Assembly: GCA_042408415.1 (NCBI GenBank)
Contig: JBHORE010000003.1
Span: 6,156-70,155 of the forward strand
From: Thermobaculum sp.
GTDB lineage: Bacteria; Chloroflexota; Chloroflexia; Thermobaculales; Thermobaculaceae
Direction of reading: 5' to 3'
DNA: 64,000 nt
Below, piece by piece: positions 10,607 to 21,372 of this stretch (the stretch's first letter is position 1; each line of letters opens with the position of its first letter). The notes beneath the pieces are model-generated. The model made no database searches, was not told where the DNA came from, and was given only the letters and a program-made list of their open reading frames with translations. A program made the position numbers and the translations under genes.

Positions 10607-10676
10607 GGTTTTCCTCCAATAAAAATAACTAAGAACTATTGTGTTTTGCGTATTAGATAGCTGTAAACCTACAATT

Positions 10677-11846
10677 CTAATCAGGAAGTATCCTAACAAA
10701 CACTTCGTTAGAAAGCAGTCTGCCCTTCGAAGTGAGTCTGAAATAGTTATCCTTCCACTCTACAAGCCCCAAACCAGCAACATCATCGATCTTACCGCTC
10801 AGAAAAGATCGTAAGCTTTGACCGTATCGTAGCTGAAAATCTTCGGCGTTCACACCCTCCGCAAGCCGTAGATGCAGGATAACGTATTCAGACCTCTCGA
10901 TGGGCGCGCTCAGCTCTTCTTGCCAAAATATAGGGCTCTGCCCATTATTTATAAGTGAAATATACTTAGAAGGCAATAACTCATTGTAATAGCGCACGCC
11001 GTTTAGAAACCCATATGCTCCTGCCCCAGCCCCTATAAACGGCTCTTCTCTCCAATAAATCATATTGTGTTTGGCCTGCTTACCTGGCCTACACCAATTG
11101 CTTATCTCATAGTGTATATATCCGGCTTTTTCCAGGACCTCTTGAGCAAGCTCATACATATCAGCCATTAAGTCGTCATCTGGAGAGGGCAGCTTCCCCC
11201 GTGATATCAACTTATGTAATGGGGTTCCTTCTTCAACAGTCAACGCGTAAAGTGATAAATGATCAGGCTCTATATCTATTACACGGGATAAGTTAAGTCT
11301 CCAGTCATCTAGAGTTTGAAATGGCAAGCCATATATCAGATCGACGCTGATGTTCTCAAATCCTGCTGCCCTTGCAGCACTGTAAGCCTCCAAAGCATCT
11401 TCAACCGTATGGTGTCTAGCCAGCCTGCGCAAATCATCATCCTTGAAGCTTTGTATACCAATACTGACTCTATTTACACCCAAAGCTAGAATAGCTCTAA
11501 GGTACTGCTCATCAACCGTACCAGGGTTAGCTTCCATTGTTATCTCAGCGTCATCAAACAATCTAAGGTAATCATGCGCAGTACTAATGATACACTCAAC
11601 CTGACTGGGAGAAAGAAGGCTAGGTGTGCCGCCTCCCATATAGAGCGTTTTCGCAGCCAGTCCTTGATTACTGTAGGTTACAAGTTCCTTACTAAGGGCA
11701 AGCACATAATCAGGTATGAGAGCATTTTTCCCGGCATAACAATTGAAATCACAGTAGATACACTTGGTTCTACAAAAAGGTATATGAACGTATAATCCTA
11801 CATAGGAGGGTTTATTGGTTTGTTCTAGCTCATTACCTCTATTCAC
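10677..11846 (-). CDS. hemW: Radical SAM heme chaperone HemW
   Basis: LYVHIPFCRTKCIYCDF, GGGTPS, YEISNW, HNMIYW (HemW-type HNxxYW). Confidence 0.92.
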   Translation of the reverse strand: MNRGNELEQTNKPSYVGLYVHIPFCRTKCIYCDFNCYAGKNALIPDYVLALSKELVTYSNQGLAAKTLYMGGGTPSLLSPSQVECIISTAHDYLRLFDDAEITMEANPGTVDEQYLRAILALGVNRVSIGIQSFKDDDLRRLARHHTVEDALEAYSAARAAGFENISVDLIYGLPFQTLDDWRLNLSRVIDIEPDHLSLYALTVEEGTPLHKLISRGKLPSPDDDLMADMYELAQEVLEKAGYIHYEISNWCRPGKQAKHNMIYWREEPFIGAGAGAYGFLNGVRYYNELLPSKYISLINNGQSPIFWQEELSAPIERSEYVILHLRLAEGVNAEDFQLRYGQSLRSFLSGKIDDVAGLGLVEWKDNYFRLTSKGRLLSNEVFVRILPD

Positions 11847-11975
11847 ATATGGAATCTTAGCTGCAGGATACGACGTATGTCCAGAAAGACACGGGCCCAG
11901 CTTGCTATAATCTCTTCGGTTTCAGGTAAGATACCTATGATCACCAAGGTTGATGGCTAGGTAAAAGGAAGAGAT

Positions 11976-13445
11976 ATGAAGATTACTTACCGTGTTGGCG
12001 AACCACTTGAATCCGAAAGAAGATATGTAGCAATACCAATGTTTGCAGGGCAGGCTTTGCCCTATGTGAACCAAATAGAGTCAAATATGTCATCGACGGA
12101 TCTGGTCGGCGTAGCATCACAGAAGGGTCAAGTATCCCTAATAAATGCAGGACAAAGGGATAAGTTTATCCTTCTAATTGGGATGGGCGAGCTCAGTAAT
12201 ACCGTAGAGGACATCAGAAAGTTCTCTGGGACTGCTGTCAGGTGGGCCAGGAAACATAAAATCGATAACCTATCAATATTCTTACCATCACTCGCAGAGC
12301 CAAACGAAGCACTGGTAGCAGCGGCGGTACACGGCGCTATAGTGGGCAATTTTTCACCCGGAATATATAAAACCCCCTCTCAGGAAATAAACGTAGAAAG
12401 TATAGAGCTCATACTAGAATCTTCAAGCTCCGATATAAAAGCAACCATCAACAGGGCTACAGCAATTGGAGAGTCGGTTAACCTGGCCAGAACCCTTGCT
12501 AACGAGCCTCCCAATGTACTAACAACAAGGGAATTTGCTCACAGGGCACAGAGTTTATGTGAGGTCAATGGATTGGCTTGTGAGATACTTGAGGAAGAGG
12601 ATCTAAGGCAAAGAGGTTATGGTGCTATCCTCGCGGTCGCAAGCGGCAGCTCAGAACCTGCGAGAATGGTAATCATCAAATATCTAGCCAGCGACAGCCC
12701 AAACACTATAGGGTTCGTAGGGAAAGGTATAACCTTTGATACTGGTGGTATATCACTCAAGCCGGCTGAGAATATGCACAGGATGAAGTCAGATATGTCT
12801 GGCGCTGCAGCAGTGCTAGGTGCGATGATAGCTATATCTAAGCTTAAACCTGAAGTGAACGTAGTTGGTATTCTATGCCTAGCTGAAAACATGCCTAGTG
12901 GCTCAGCCATGAGACCTGGAGATGTAATAAAAGCCGGCAGCGGGAAAACCATTGAGGTGCTAAACACTGATGCTGAGGGCAGATTAGTACTTGCTGATGG
13001 CATCGTACAAGCCAAGAGGGAGGGTGCAACACACCTGGTAGATGTTGCCACGCTCACAGGAGCCTGCGTAGTAGCTCTTGGAACTATTACCACGGGAGTC
13101 TTCGGGTCCCATCAGTACTGGACAAATGTAGTGCTCAACGCCGCCTCACAAGTAGGTGAGAAGATGTGGCAGATGCCTACTTTTGCAGAGTATAGAGAAC
13201 AGCTAAATAGCGACATAGCGGATATAGCTAATAGCGGCGGCAGAGAGGCCGGGGCTATAACTGGTGCTCTATTCATCAAGGAGTTTGCTGAAGATACTCC
13301 ATGGGTACACCTGGACATAGCAGGCACTGCTTGGAATAATAAGGACCTTCCACATCTAGCCAAAGGGCCAACAGGAGTGGCTACTGCTACATTAACTAAG
13401 ATAGCTGATATAGTAGCAAGTCATGGTATAGATAGTAATGGCTAA
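11976..13445 (+). CDS. pepA: Leucyl aminopeptidase (M17)
   Basis: VGKGITFDTGG, MKSDMSG, NTDAEGRL, ATLTGA, HLDIAG. Confidence 0.95.
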   Translation: MKITYRVGEPLESERRYVAIPMFAGQALPYVNQIESNMSSTDLVGVASQKGQVSLINAGQRDKFILLIGMGELSNTVEDIRKFSGTAVRWARKHKIDNLSIFLPSLAEPNEALVAAAVHGAIVGNFSPGIYKTPSQEINVESIELILESSSSDIKATINRATAIGESVNLARTLANEPPNVLTTREFAHRAQSLCEVNGLACEILEEEDLRQRGYGAILAVASGSSEPARMVIIKYLASDSPNTIGFVGKGITFDTGGISLKPAENMHRMKSDMSGAAAVLGAMIAISKLKPEVNVVGILCLAENMPSGSAMRPGDVIKAGSGKTIEVLNTDAEGRLVLADGIVQAKREGATHLVDVATLTGACVVALGTITTGVFGSHQYWTNVVLNAASQVGEKMWQMPTFAEYREQLNSDIADIANSGGREAGAITGALFIKEFAEDTPWVHLDIAGTAWNNKDLPHLAKGPTGVATATLTKIADIVASHGIDSNG

Positions 13446-13456
13446 TATTATTCAAC

Positions 13457-14437
13457 TTGAGGTTTGATGTGACTACACTCACTTCCTTCGGAATCATATC
13501 GTCGGAACTCAGGCAAGTAGAACAGAAACTACTGGAATCAGTGCCAGAAGAGATACCGGAGCTAGCATCGGTAGTAAGATCACTGATTTTAGCCGGTGGA
13601 AAGAGACTAAGACCTGCGCTAGTCTTTCTTTCTGGCAGCATCAACTCTCCGGATCACGAAAAGCTGCTTAACGCCGCCGTGGCCGTTGAATTACTGCATA
13701 CTGCAACTCTTATACATGATGACACAATAGACCAAGCTGACGTCAGAAGAGGTATAGCCACTGCCAACTCGATATTTGGCCCTGGAGTTGTCATTCTCCT
13801 AGGAGATTTTCTGTTTGCAAAAGCTGCTCACTACGCGGCAATGACGTCAGATCCAGAAGCAATTGATCTTTTTGCGAAAGTCCTGATAGTCATAGTAGAT
13901 GGAGAGCTGAGGCAGAGTTTAGGGAAGAACAACGGAGTACCTTCAGAAGAAGAGTACTATCGACGAATATACGCAAAGACAGCAGCTCTCTTCGAGTGTT
14001 GTACCGAAACTGGGGCTATACTCTCCAAAGCACCAGAATCTCACAGAAGAGCATTAACCACTTATGGCAAAAAGTTAGGGTTAGCTTTCCAGATCATAGA
14101 TGACTTGCTAGATTTCACATCTACTGAACAGATAGGCAAGCCTGTGGGTAACGATATAAGGCAGGGTACTATAACTCTACCAGTAATACTGTTCCTTCAA
14201 AGTGCCGACATTAACGATCACAGAGCTGAACATGTTAAGGCAGTCATATCAGGACTCAGCAAAGATTATGATGGGGCTATAGATATTATCAAATCTTCAG
14301 GAGCTCTAGAAAAGGCAAGAGACAAAGCAGCAGCCCTTATTGAAGAGGCCAAGTCCGCTTTACTAGTGCTACCTAACAGCGATTCTCGTGAAGCCATGAT
14401 GGAGATAGCTCAGTTTACGTTAGAGCGGACCTTATAG
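13457..14437 (+). CDS. Polyprenyl diphosphate synthase (HepT/IspB-like)
   Basis: GGKRLRP, LIHDDTID (FARM), FQIIDDLLD (SARM), GKPVGND. Confidence 0.92.
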   Translation: MRFDVTTLTSFGIISSELRQVEQKLLESVPEEIPELASVVRSLILAGGKRLRPALVFLSGSINSPDHEKLLNAAVAVELLHTATLIHDDTIDQADVRRGIATANSIFGPGVVILLGDFLFAKAAHYAAMTSDPEAIDLFAKVLIVIVDGELRQSLGKNNGVPSEEEYYRRIYAKTAALFECCTETGAILSKAPESHRRALTTYGKKLGLAFQIIDDLLDFTSTEQIGKPVGNDIRQGTITLPVILFLQSADINDHRAEHVKAVISGLSKDYDGAIDIIKSSGALEKARDKAAALIEEAKSALLVLPNSDSREAMMEIAQFTLERTL

Positions 14438-16081
14438 TGAGTTCCCTTGCTCTTCTACTAACTGCTGTGCCCTACTGATTACCTCTTCTAACGTAATTGG
14501 TAGGAAGCATACCTTACTATCAAATCTATGTTCATAGAGCCACTCAGTTGTAATCGAAAGCGCATACGTGGGCACGTTCGTCGGTTCTTGACAGGACTCC
14601 AATAAAATTAATAGGTTCTTTATCTTCTTTCGAACGTCCTCGATGTCATCCCAACTAGCCCTGGTGGCAACAATGGGTATATTTATAACTCCAGTAAATA
14701 ACAGCTCTCGACTCAGAGAACAATAGCTTATTATGATAGCAGGACCTTGAAACCTGTCAGAGGTCAAGCTGAACTGGCCCCTCTCGATCTTCTGCAAAAC
14801 ACTCGTCATACTTGACCGTTCTAGGCTATGCTTACTATCTAGACCAGTTATATAAATAAGTCGGCTTATTATTGGCTGTAGTTTCTCAGGATCCTGCACA
14901 ACTTGCGCAAGAACTTCAGGTTCCTTAGGAAGAATAGAAGGACAGAAAGTTAGTGCCGATTGAACTACGATCTTTAGGTCGTAGAGCAGCTTCCTATTGG
15001 GTAAAGGGCCTATATGAATAGCTCCTTCTTTCCTGTTATCGCTGGCAACAGTTAACTTGATGCTATCTTTTTTCTCTATTCTCAACCACCAGAGCTTGCG
15101 GGTTCGCATCTTTTGGATGTTGTATTTGGGGTTCAGGCCCGCTATTAGAGCCATTTCCTCAATTTGCGCCTCAAGATGTGTAGCCAACAGCACATAATCA
15201 AAATCACTCACATTCTCAAGAAAGCCTCTCATGTTGCGAGTTATGTCTACTTGCCCACCCAGATAAGTCCTAAGTCTGCTACGGAGATTAGAGGAGCTCC
15301 CTATGTACATAGGAACACCATATAAGTCGTAAAAGATATACACTCCTGGCCATTCCGGTACAGCTCTCACCTTTTCCTGCATGCGACGTAGTCTAGAACC
15401 TACGTCTTGAGCAGCATGATGTGTGTAGCTACTATTGATCGCACTCAAAATCACCTGTATCTCTTCTACAAGGGGGTTATAGTTTAAAAACGGTCCCGGC
15501 GATAAGCCATTGAGAACGTAGTTTGATTTACCCTTATCCCAGCCTTTAGAACTTACAACCACGGGCTCGGCTAGATCTGGGGACAAGCCTATCCTAGAAA
15601 ATTCATAGGCTAGAGAGTTCCAGACCTTGATATCCAGTACGTATACATTTCTACCCGCTAAGTAGTAGCTGATATCCTTTGCTACATGCTCAAAAGGCAC
15701 AGGTTCTATATCCACAAACCAATCGTACAGCCCTTCTTGATATAACGGCACCTTGGAATCAACAGAAAATCTCCAATACCTTACCGTAGATTCTTCAGGA
15801 GCATATATTGCTAGCAAAAGCAATCGACCTCTGTTAGCTCTAGTTGTACGACCGGTAAGTAAAACTGGTTGTCTAGATAAGGCATCTTCCTTAAGTCTCC
15901 AAACCCCGTTGGGATCCTTTTCTAATCTGGGATCCCCATCTAGACACTGCTCCAGGATCCGGATCCAAGCAGGACCACTATTTATAGCACCAAAAAGTTC
16001 CCGAGCTAAAGAATCTTCACTCTTCGGACCAGTTTTAAGAAGCGTTACAGCACGAGATCTGATTTTATCCTGAGAATCCAT
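14432..16081 (-). CDS. GIY-YIG (UvrC/Cho-like) nuclease fused to a degenerate DnaQ-like domain
   Basis: PEWPGVYIFYD...MYIGSSSNLRSRLRTY...E...PKYN. N-terminal part resembles a DEDDh fold without its acidic residues. ATG 16081 has a GAGGTG SD. Confidence 0.75.
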   Translation of the reverse strand: MDSQDKIRSRAVTLLKTGPKSEDSLARELFGAINSGPAWIRILEQCLDGDPRLEKDPNGVWRLKEDALSRQPVLLTGRTTRANRGRLLLLAIYAPEESTVRYWRFSVDSKVPLYQEGLYDWFVDIEPVPFEHVAKDISYYLAGRNVYVLDIKVWNSLAYEFSRIGLSPDLAEPVVVSSKGWDKGKSNYVLNGLSPGPFLNYNPLVEEIQVILSAINSSYTHHAAQDVGSRLRRMQEKVRAVPEWPGVYIFYDLYGVPMYIGSSSNLRSRLRTYLGGQVDITRNMRGFLENVSDFDYVLLATHLEAQIEEMALIAGLNPKYNIQKMRTRKLWWLRIEKKDSIKLTVASDNRKEGAIHIGPLPNRKLLYDLKIVVQSALTFCPSILPKEPEVLAQVVQDPEKLQPIISRLIYITGLDSKHSLERSSMTSVLQKIERGQFSLTSDRFQGPAIIISYCSLSRELLFTGVINIPIVATRASWDDIEDVRKKIKNLLILLESCQEPTNVPTYALSITTEWLYEHRFDSKVCFLPITLEEVISRAQQLVEEQGNSL

Positions 16082-16194
16082 TATCACCTCTCGTAAATAC
16101 ATGAGCAAAGGCATAAATACTGCTAGAAAATAGCAAAACGCAACAATATTTATACCCTAACACGGTATAATTAGGGGAAGGTAGGGAGGGTTAG

Positions 16195-16404
16195 GTGTTG
16201 GGTAATAACGAAGGTTTTCACAAAGATCCATTTCTATCTACCGTACGTACCATAGGCCGCGTTTCACAAATAATAACTGAGCTTAGGGCTGAATATGAAC
16301 GCAGACCAAATCCAGCTACTTTAGCTCAGATCAGACATCGCATTCGAGAGCTGGCGGAGCTTGAGCGTCAACTGGACTCAGACGATATACTAGCTACGGG
16401 TTAA
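16195..16404 (+). CDS. Small hypothetical helical-hairpin protein
   Basis: GGAGG SD and upstream TATAAT; two amphipathic helices; fills the gap between neighbouring genes. Confidence 0.7.
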   Translation: MLGNNEGFHKDPFLSTVRTIGRVSQIITELRAEYERRPNPATLAQIRHRIRELAELERQLDSDDILATG

Positions 16405-16981
16405 CCTTAGCAGAAGTCCCTCTTTTAGTAATTGGTACTCCAGCGGAACAAAGGGGACACTCTTCTGGGTTATAAGTCGGTATATCAAGAGTTATAGTAG
16501 CCCAATAGTCAAGACCCAAATCAACTTTTCCCGCAGATCTGTCCACAAGCAGACCAACGCCTACCACATTACCGCCCAACCGGTTGACAGCCTCAATAGT
16601 GTCTTTCACGGATCCTCCAGTAGTCATGACATCATCTACTATTAGCACTCGCTCACCAGGCTTAATCTCAAAACCGCGTCTGAATTCCCTACCACCTGCC
16701 GGAGCAGGTTCAGCGATTATACTTCGCAACCCCATCTGTCTCGCTACCTCGAAGGCTAATATCGCCCCACCAGTAGTCGGCCCTGCAACAACCTCTGGAT
16801 TCCTATCAGCAAAATGCTGTACGATCTGGCTACATAAGGATGAAGCTAAATCAGGTTTCTCAATAATCCGAAACTTCTCAACATAGTATTGCGCATGTAG
16901 TCCACTCGAAAGTAAGAAATGCCCTTCAAGAAGTGCACCGTTTCGAACTAATAATTCTCGGGTATCATTCGTCTCCCTCAT
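16394..16981 (-). CDS. pyrE: Orotate phosphoribosyltransferase
   Basis: EGHFLLSSGLH, PRPP motif VLIVDDVMTTGGS, C-terminal CPLC; last gene of the pyr operon. Confidence 0.95.
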   Translation of the reverse strand: MRETNDTRELLVRNGALLEGHFLLSSGLHAQYYVEKFRIIEKPDLASSLCSQIVQHFADRNPEVVAGPTTGGAILAFEVARQMGLRSIIAEPAPAGGREFRRGFEIKPGERVLIVDDVMTTGGSVKDTIEAVNRLGGNVVGVGLLVDRSAGKVDLGLDYWATITLDIPTYNPEECPLCSAGVPITKRGTSAKVNP

Positions 16982-16988
16982 AAGCCTC

Positions 16989-18053
16989 CTAAACAGGTAA
17001 GAAATAGAATGCTATCCCTAATATGACATATGCTGTAATAAGCTGTGCGCCCTCAAGCCAGTTGCTTTCACCATCCAATACCACTAGATTACCTATTAGA
17101 ACAGCAGCTATAAGTGCAACTATCTCAAATCTTGTGAATACCAAGTCCATATGCTTAGAGAAAAGCAGGCTTACTAGGACCAGCACTGGAGCTACAAACA
17201 GTGCTACTTGCAAGCTACTACCTAAGGATATAGAAAGGCTCAGGTCCATTCTATTCTTTAAGGCTACCTGCACTCCTACCAGATGCTCAGCCACGTTACC
17301 AACGAGAGGTATGATCATTACTCCCAGGAAGATCTCTGTCCACCCTAAGGCACTTACAACCTCCTCTACAACTCCTACTAGTATCTCGCTCATTACCACA
17401 ATACCTATAGTGGAAGCAACGAGTAGACCCAATGACATAGGAAGGGTCCAGCTAGCCGTATGCTCACCCTCAGCACTATCAGAAACACCTTTGTGGGAGT
17501 TAGGAGAGGTAAAGAAAGAATACAATAGATATAGGACATATACCACTATCATGGCGATAGCTACACCATCGCTTAGCAGCTGTACATCTTCATGACCCGA
17601 CTCACGTTGTATCGTGGCCGAAAAGATAGTTGGAACAGATATCGATATAACAGCAAGCAACATCATGGATGCAACAGCCCCCATGCTACCCCTATCGAAC
17701 CTCTGGATGCCGTTCTTTATACCACCCGCTAACAGGCTTGCACCCATAACTATTAGGATGTTGCCTATGATAGAGCCAGTTATAGAAGCCTTTACTAGGT
17801 CGACCAAACCCGCACGAAGAGCAACTATGCTTATGATCAACTCAGCTGCGTTCCCGAGAGTAGCGTTCAATAAGCCTCCTACCTGTGGACCGGTATAGAC
17901 GGCTAGCTCTTCAGTAGCCTGACCTAGCACAGCTGCAAGAGGAACTAGGGCAATAGCAGAAGTAATAAATATAAGCAGATATAAGTCTGGGACGAGAAAG
18001 TGTAGAAGTACTGCTATAGGTAAAAAAATAAGCAGTGCGTATATATATTTCAC
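16989..18053 (-). CDS. cax: Ca2+/H+ antiporter (CAX/ChaA family)
   Basis: Alpha repeats GNAAE and GNVAEH, C-terminal DGESNWLEG, about 10 TM helices. Confidence 0.93.
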   Translation of the reverse strand: MKYIYALLIFLPIAVLLHFLVPDLYLLIFITSAIALVPLAAVLGQATEELAVYTGPQVGGLLNATLGNAAELIISIVALRAGLVDLVKASITGSIIGNILIVMGASLLAGGIKNGIQRFDRGSMGAVASMMLLAVISISVPTIFSATIQRESGHEDVQLLSDGVAIAMIVVYVLYLLYSFFTSPNSHKGVSDSAEGEHTASWTLPMSLGLLVASTIGIVVMSEILVGVVEEVVSALGWTEIFLGVMIIPLVGNVAEHLVGVQVALKNRMDLSLSISLGSSLQVALFVAPVLVLVSLLFSKHMDLVFTRFEIVALIAAVLIGNLVVLDGESNWLEGAQLITAYVILGIAFYFLPV

Positions 18054-18084
18054 ACATCACTCCCAACAAACCGTAATAAAGAAG

Positions 18085-21000
18085 TTACACAGCCAAAATA
18101 TCCAATGCACCCTGCCTATACTCTACAACAGTAGCAATATTATAATCTCCTCTTCTCTGTAATGCTTTCACCAGAGACTTAGCTGTATCCAGAGATGTCA
18201 GGCAGGGAATACCGGACTCTGCAGCCGCACGACGAATCTCAAAACCATCTCTTATGGTCCTACCAGACCTAGAGGGCGTATTGATTACTAAGGAAACCTG
18301 CCTCCTCCGGATGATATCGGTGATATCTGGGCGTACTGATCCTATCTTGTGCACTACCTGGTTTACACGGATACCATTGTCCTCAAAGAAGGTTGACGTA
18401 CCTTCGGTACAGACCAACGTGTAGCCCATGTCAACCAGAGCAGCAGCTAATGGCAGAGCCTCGGATTTCTCATGGTCAGCTATGGACATCAGCACAGATC
18501 CCCCTGGAGGAGGATTTATACCTGCGGCTATCATAGCCTTCATAAGTGCTGGTTCATATTCAACATCTACGCCCATAACTTCGCCTGTACTCTTCATCTC
18601 GGGGCCAAGAACCGTGTCAACCCCAGCTAGTTTCGACATGCTAAATACCGGAGCTTTCACGGCATATAGTGGCATCCTAGGTACTAACCCCGTAGCGTAA
18701 CCCATATTAGCAAGCTTACTGCCAAGCATCACGTGAGTAGCTAGAGTTACCAAAGGCACCCCGGTGACCTTGCTAATAAAGGGTACTGTACGGCTGGCTC
18801 TAGGGTTTACTTCAAGGATATACACCTGATGATCCTGAAACACAAACTGAACGTTCATCAGCCCTTTGACGTTCATAGCTCGAGCCAACCTAACCGTGAT
18901 CTCTTCAATTTGTGAGACATCCTGGTCATCCAGAGTTATCTGCGGGTACACGCCAAAGCTGTCTCCTGAATGCACGCCTGCTCGCTCGATATGCTCGACT
19001 ATACCAGGGATAACCACCGTCTCTCCGTCAGATACAGCATCTACTTCCACTTCAGTGCCTTCGATGTACCTATCAAGCAGAACTGGATGGTCCCCACTTA
19101 CCTCGGTAGCAGCATCTATATAGTCCAGAAGTTCTACTTCGTTGTAAACTATTCTCATAGCCTGTCCACCCAGAACATAAGAAGGCCTTACAAGAAGCGG
19201 GTAACCTATCCTGGTAGCGGTCTCCAAAGCAGAATCCAGATCTCTAGCAGTCCCTCCAGGTGGTCTAAGTAACCCCAGGCTATTGAGCAACCCGTCGAAG
19301 CGCTTTCGATCCTCCGCCAAATCGATGGACTCTAGCGAACTACCTAGGACCTTAAAGCCAGCTCTGTGTAACTTGGAGGCAAGATTTATGGCCGTCTGTC
19401 CACCGAATTGTACAATCACAGGAGGTCCTGCTACCGGCAGTTCATCACCTTCAAGCGTAGATTGAGTAGGATAGCCTTCGGCAAGCGTTTCCAGACGCTC
19501 ATTCTCGACTATATCTCTAATGCTTTCGTCGTCAAGTGGATCAAAGTACAGCCTATCCGAAGTATCAAAGTCTGTGGAAACGGTCTCAGGATTGCTATTG
19601 ATCATTATGCTCTTTACTCCAGCTTCCCTTAGAGCCCTTGCACTATGGACGCTACAGTAGTCGAACTCTATGCCCTGACCAATTCGTATAGGACCGGAAC
19701 CTATAACAACAGATGACCTACCCTCTTGTGGGAGAGCCTCGTTCTCCTCCTCATACGTGCTGTAGAAGTAGGGAGTTGTAGCCTCAAATTCGGCGGCACA
19801 TGTGTCCACCATCTTCCATACGGGAGTTATACCCCATTGCTTGCGTAACTTCCTGATGTCCTCAGCACTTACGCCCTTAATCTGAGCTATATATGCATCG
19901 GAAAAGCCTAGCCTCTTCGCCCTCCACAATAGAGCTTTGTCTAACTCGGAACGTCTGATGACACCCTCCAAGGAGATTATATTTTCCATGCACTTTATGA
20001 ACCATGGATCGATTTTCGTCTTCTCAGAGACGTCTTCAACTGTATAACCTCTCCTCAGCGCAGTAGTTATGGCCCAAAGCCTCTCATCTGTAGGCACTTG
20101 TAAAGCCTTATCCAGCTCCTCTAGGTCATTCCACTTTGGAGACTCCCAGAGCAGGTTTCTACCCGAGATTTCCAGAGAACGTACTGCCTTCTGTAGAGCT
20201 GCTTCAAAGCATCGATCTATAGCCATAACCTCGCCGGTAGCCTTCATCTGGGTACCTATCCTCCTATCACCTTCCGTAAATTTATCGAAAGGCCATCGAG
20301 GTATCTTGACCACACAGTAATCCAGTGAAGGCTCCAAAGCAGCCGTTGCCGAGGACGTAACCGCGTTAGGTATCTCATCTAGTGTAAGACCTAACGCTAT
20401 CTTGGCGGCAACCCTAGCTATAGGATAACCAGTGGCCTTCGATGCTAAAGCTGAGCTTCTACTAACCCTTGGGTTGACCTCTATGACATAGTAGTCATCT
20501 GACTTAGGATCCAGGGCAAACTGGACGTTGCAACCACCTTCAATTTTCAGAGCGCGCACTATTCTAAGCGCTGAATCCCTGAGTATTTGATACTGGCGAT
20601 CAGACAGAGTCTGGCTCGGAGCCACCACAATAGAATCGCCAGTATGTACACCCACAGGATCTATGTTTTCCATATTACAGACTATGATGGCGTTGTCTGC
20701 GCTATCTCGAATGACCTCGTACTCGACCTCTTTCCAACCCTCTATAGATCTCTCGAGTAGGGTTTGGCCTATCGGGCTAGCCCTTAGGCTATGCTCTATT
20801 AGCTTAGTCAGCTCTCCCTGGTTGTGAGCGATGCCACCGCCAGTCCCTCCAAGCGTATATGCAGGCCTACTAATGAGCGGGTAACCAATCTGATTAGCGA
20901 AAGCTATGGCTTCTTGTACAGAATGCACAGTCATGCTCTCAATTACAGGTTCTCCTATCTCCTGGAGCAGCTGCTTGAACAGTAGCCTATCTTCTGCCTG

Positions 21001-21372
21001 CTTGATACTATCCAGGGAAGTCCCAAGAAGCTTAATCCCATACCTATCAACAATACCCGCAGAGGCCAGCTCAACTGCCAGGTTTAGGCCCGTCTGTCCG
21101 CCGAGCGTTGGTAATATGCCATCAGGTCTCTCCCTGCTAATTATCTTCTCCAACACGTCCACATTCAGGGGCTCAATGTACACTCTATCCGCTGTGGACT
21201 CATCGGTCATGATGGTCGCAGGGTTAGAGTTCACAAGCACAACAAATATGCCCTCTTCTCGCAAAGCTTTGCATGCTTGACTACCAGAGTAGTCGAACTC
21301 TGCAGCTTGGCTGATAATTATCGGGCCAGAACCTATAACCATAACTTTCTTTATGTCGGACCTGATGGGCAT
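18085..21372 (-). CDS. carB: Carbamoyl-phosphate synthase large subunit
   Basis: IGSGPIIISQAAEFDYSG, duplicated ATP-grasp domains (EVNPRVSRSS, EVNPRASRT), MGS-like C-terminus. Confidence 0.98.
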   Translation of the reverse strand: MPIRSDIKKVMVIGSGPIIISQAAEFDYSGSQACKALREEGIFVVLVNSNPATIMTDESTADRVYIEPLNVDVLEKIISRERPDGILPTLGGQTGLNLAVELASAGIVDRYGIKLLGTSLDSIKQAEDRLLFKQLLQEIGEPVIESMTVHSVQEAIAFANQIGYPLISRPAYTLGGTGGGIAHNQGELTKLIEHSLRASPIGQTLLERSIEGWKEVEYEVIRDSADNAIIVCNMENIDPVGVHTGDSIVVAPSQTLSDRQYQILRDSALRIVRALKIEGGCNVQFALDPKSDDYYVIEVNPRVSRSSALASKATGYPIARVAAKIALGLTLDEIPNAVTSSATAALEPSLDYCVVKIPRWPFDKFTEGDRRIGTQMKATGEVMAIDRCFEAALQKAVRSLEISGRNLLWESPKWNDLEELDKALQVPTDERLWAITTALRRGYTVEDVSEKTKIDPWFIKCMENIISLEGVIRRSELDKALLWRAKRLGFSDAYIAQIKGVSAEDIRKLRKQWGITPVWKMVDTCAAEFEATTPYFYSTYEEENEALPQEGRSSVVIGSGPIRIGQGIEFDYCSVHSARALREAGVKSIMINSNPETVSTDFDTSDRLYFDPLDDESIRDIVENERLETLAEGYPTQSTLEGDELPVAGPPVIVQFGGQTAINLASKLHRAGFKVLGSSLESIDLAEDRKRFDGLLNSLGLLRPPGGTARDLDSALETATRIGYPLLVRPSYVLGGQAMRIVYNEVELLDYIDAATEVSGDHPVLLDRYIEGTEVEVDAVSDGETVVIPGIVEHIERAGVHSGDSFGVYPQITLDDQDVSQIEEITVRLARAMNVKGLMNVQFVFQDHQVYILEVNPRASRTVPFISKVTGVPLVTLATHVMLGSKLANMGYATGLVPRMPLYAVKAPVFSMSKLAGVDTVLGPEMKSTGEVMGVDVEYEPALMKAMIAAGINPPPGGSVLMSIADHEKSEALPLAAALVDMGYTLVCTEGTSTFFEDNGIRVNQVVHKIGSVRPDITDIIRRRQVSLVINTPSRSGRTIRDGFEIRRAAAESGIPCLTSLDTAKSLVKALQRRGDYNIATVVEYRQGALDILAV

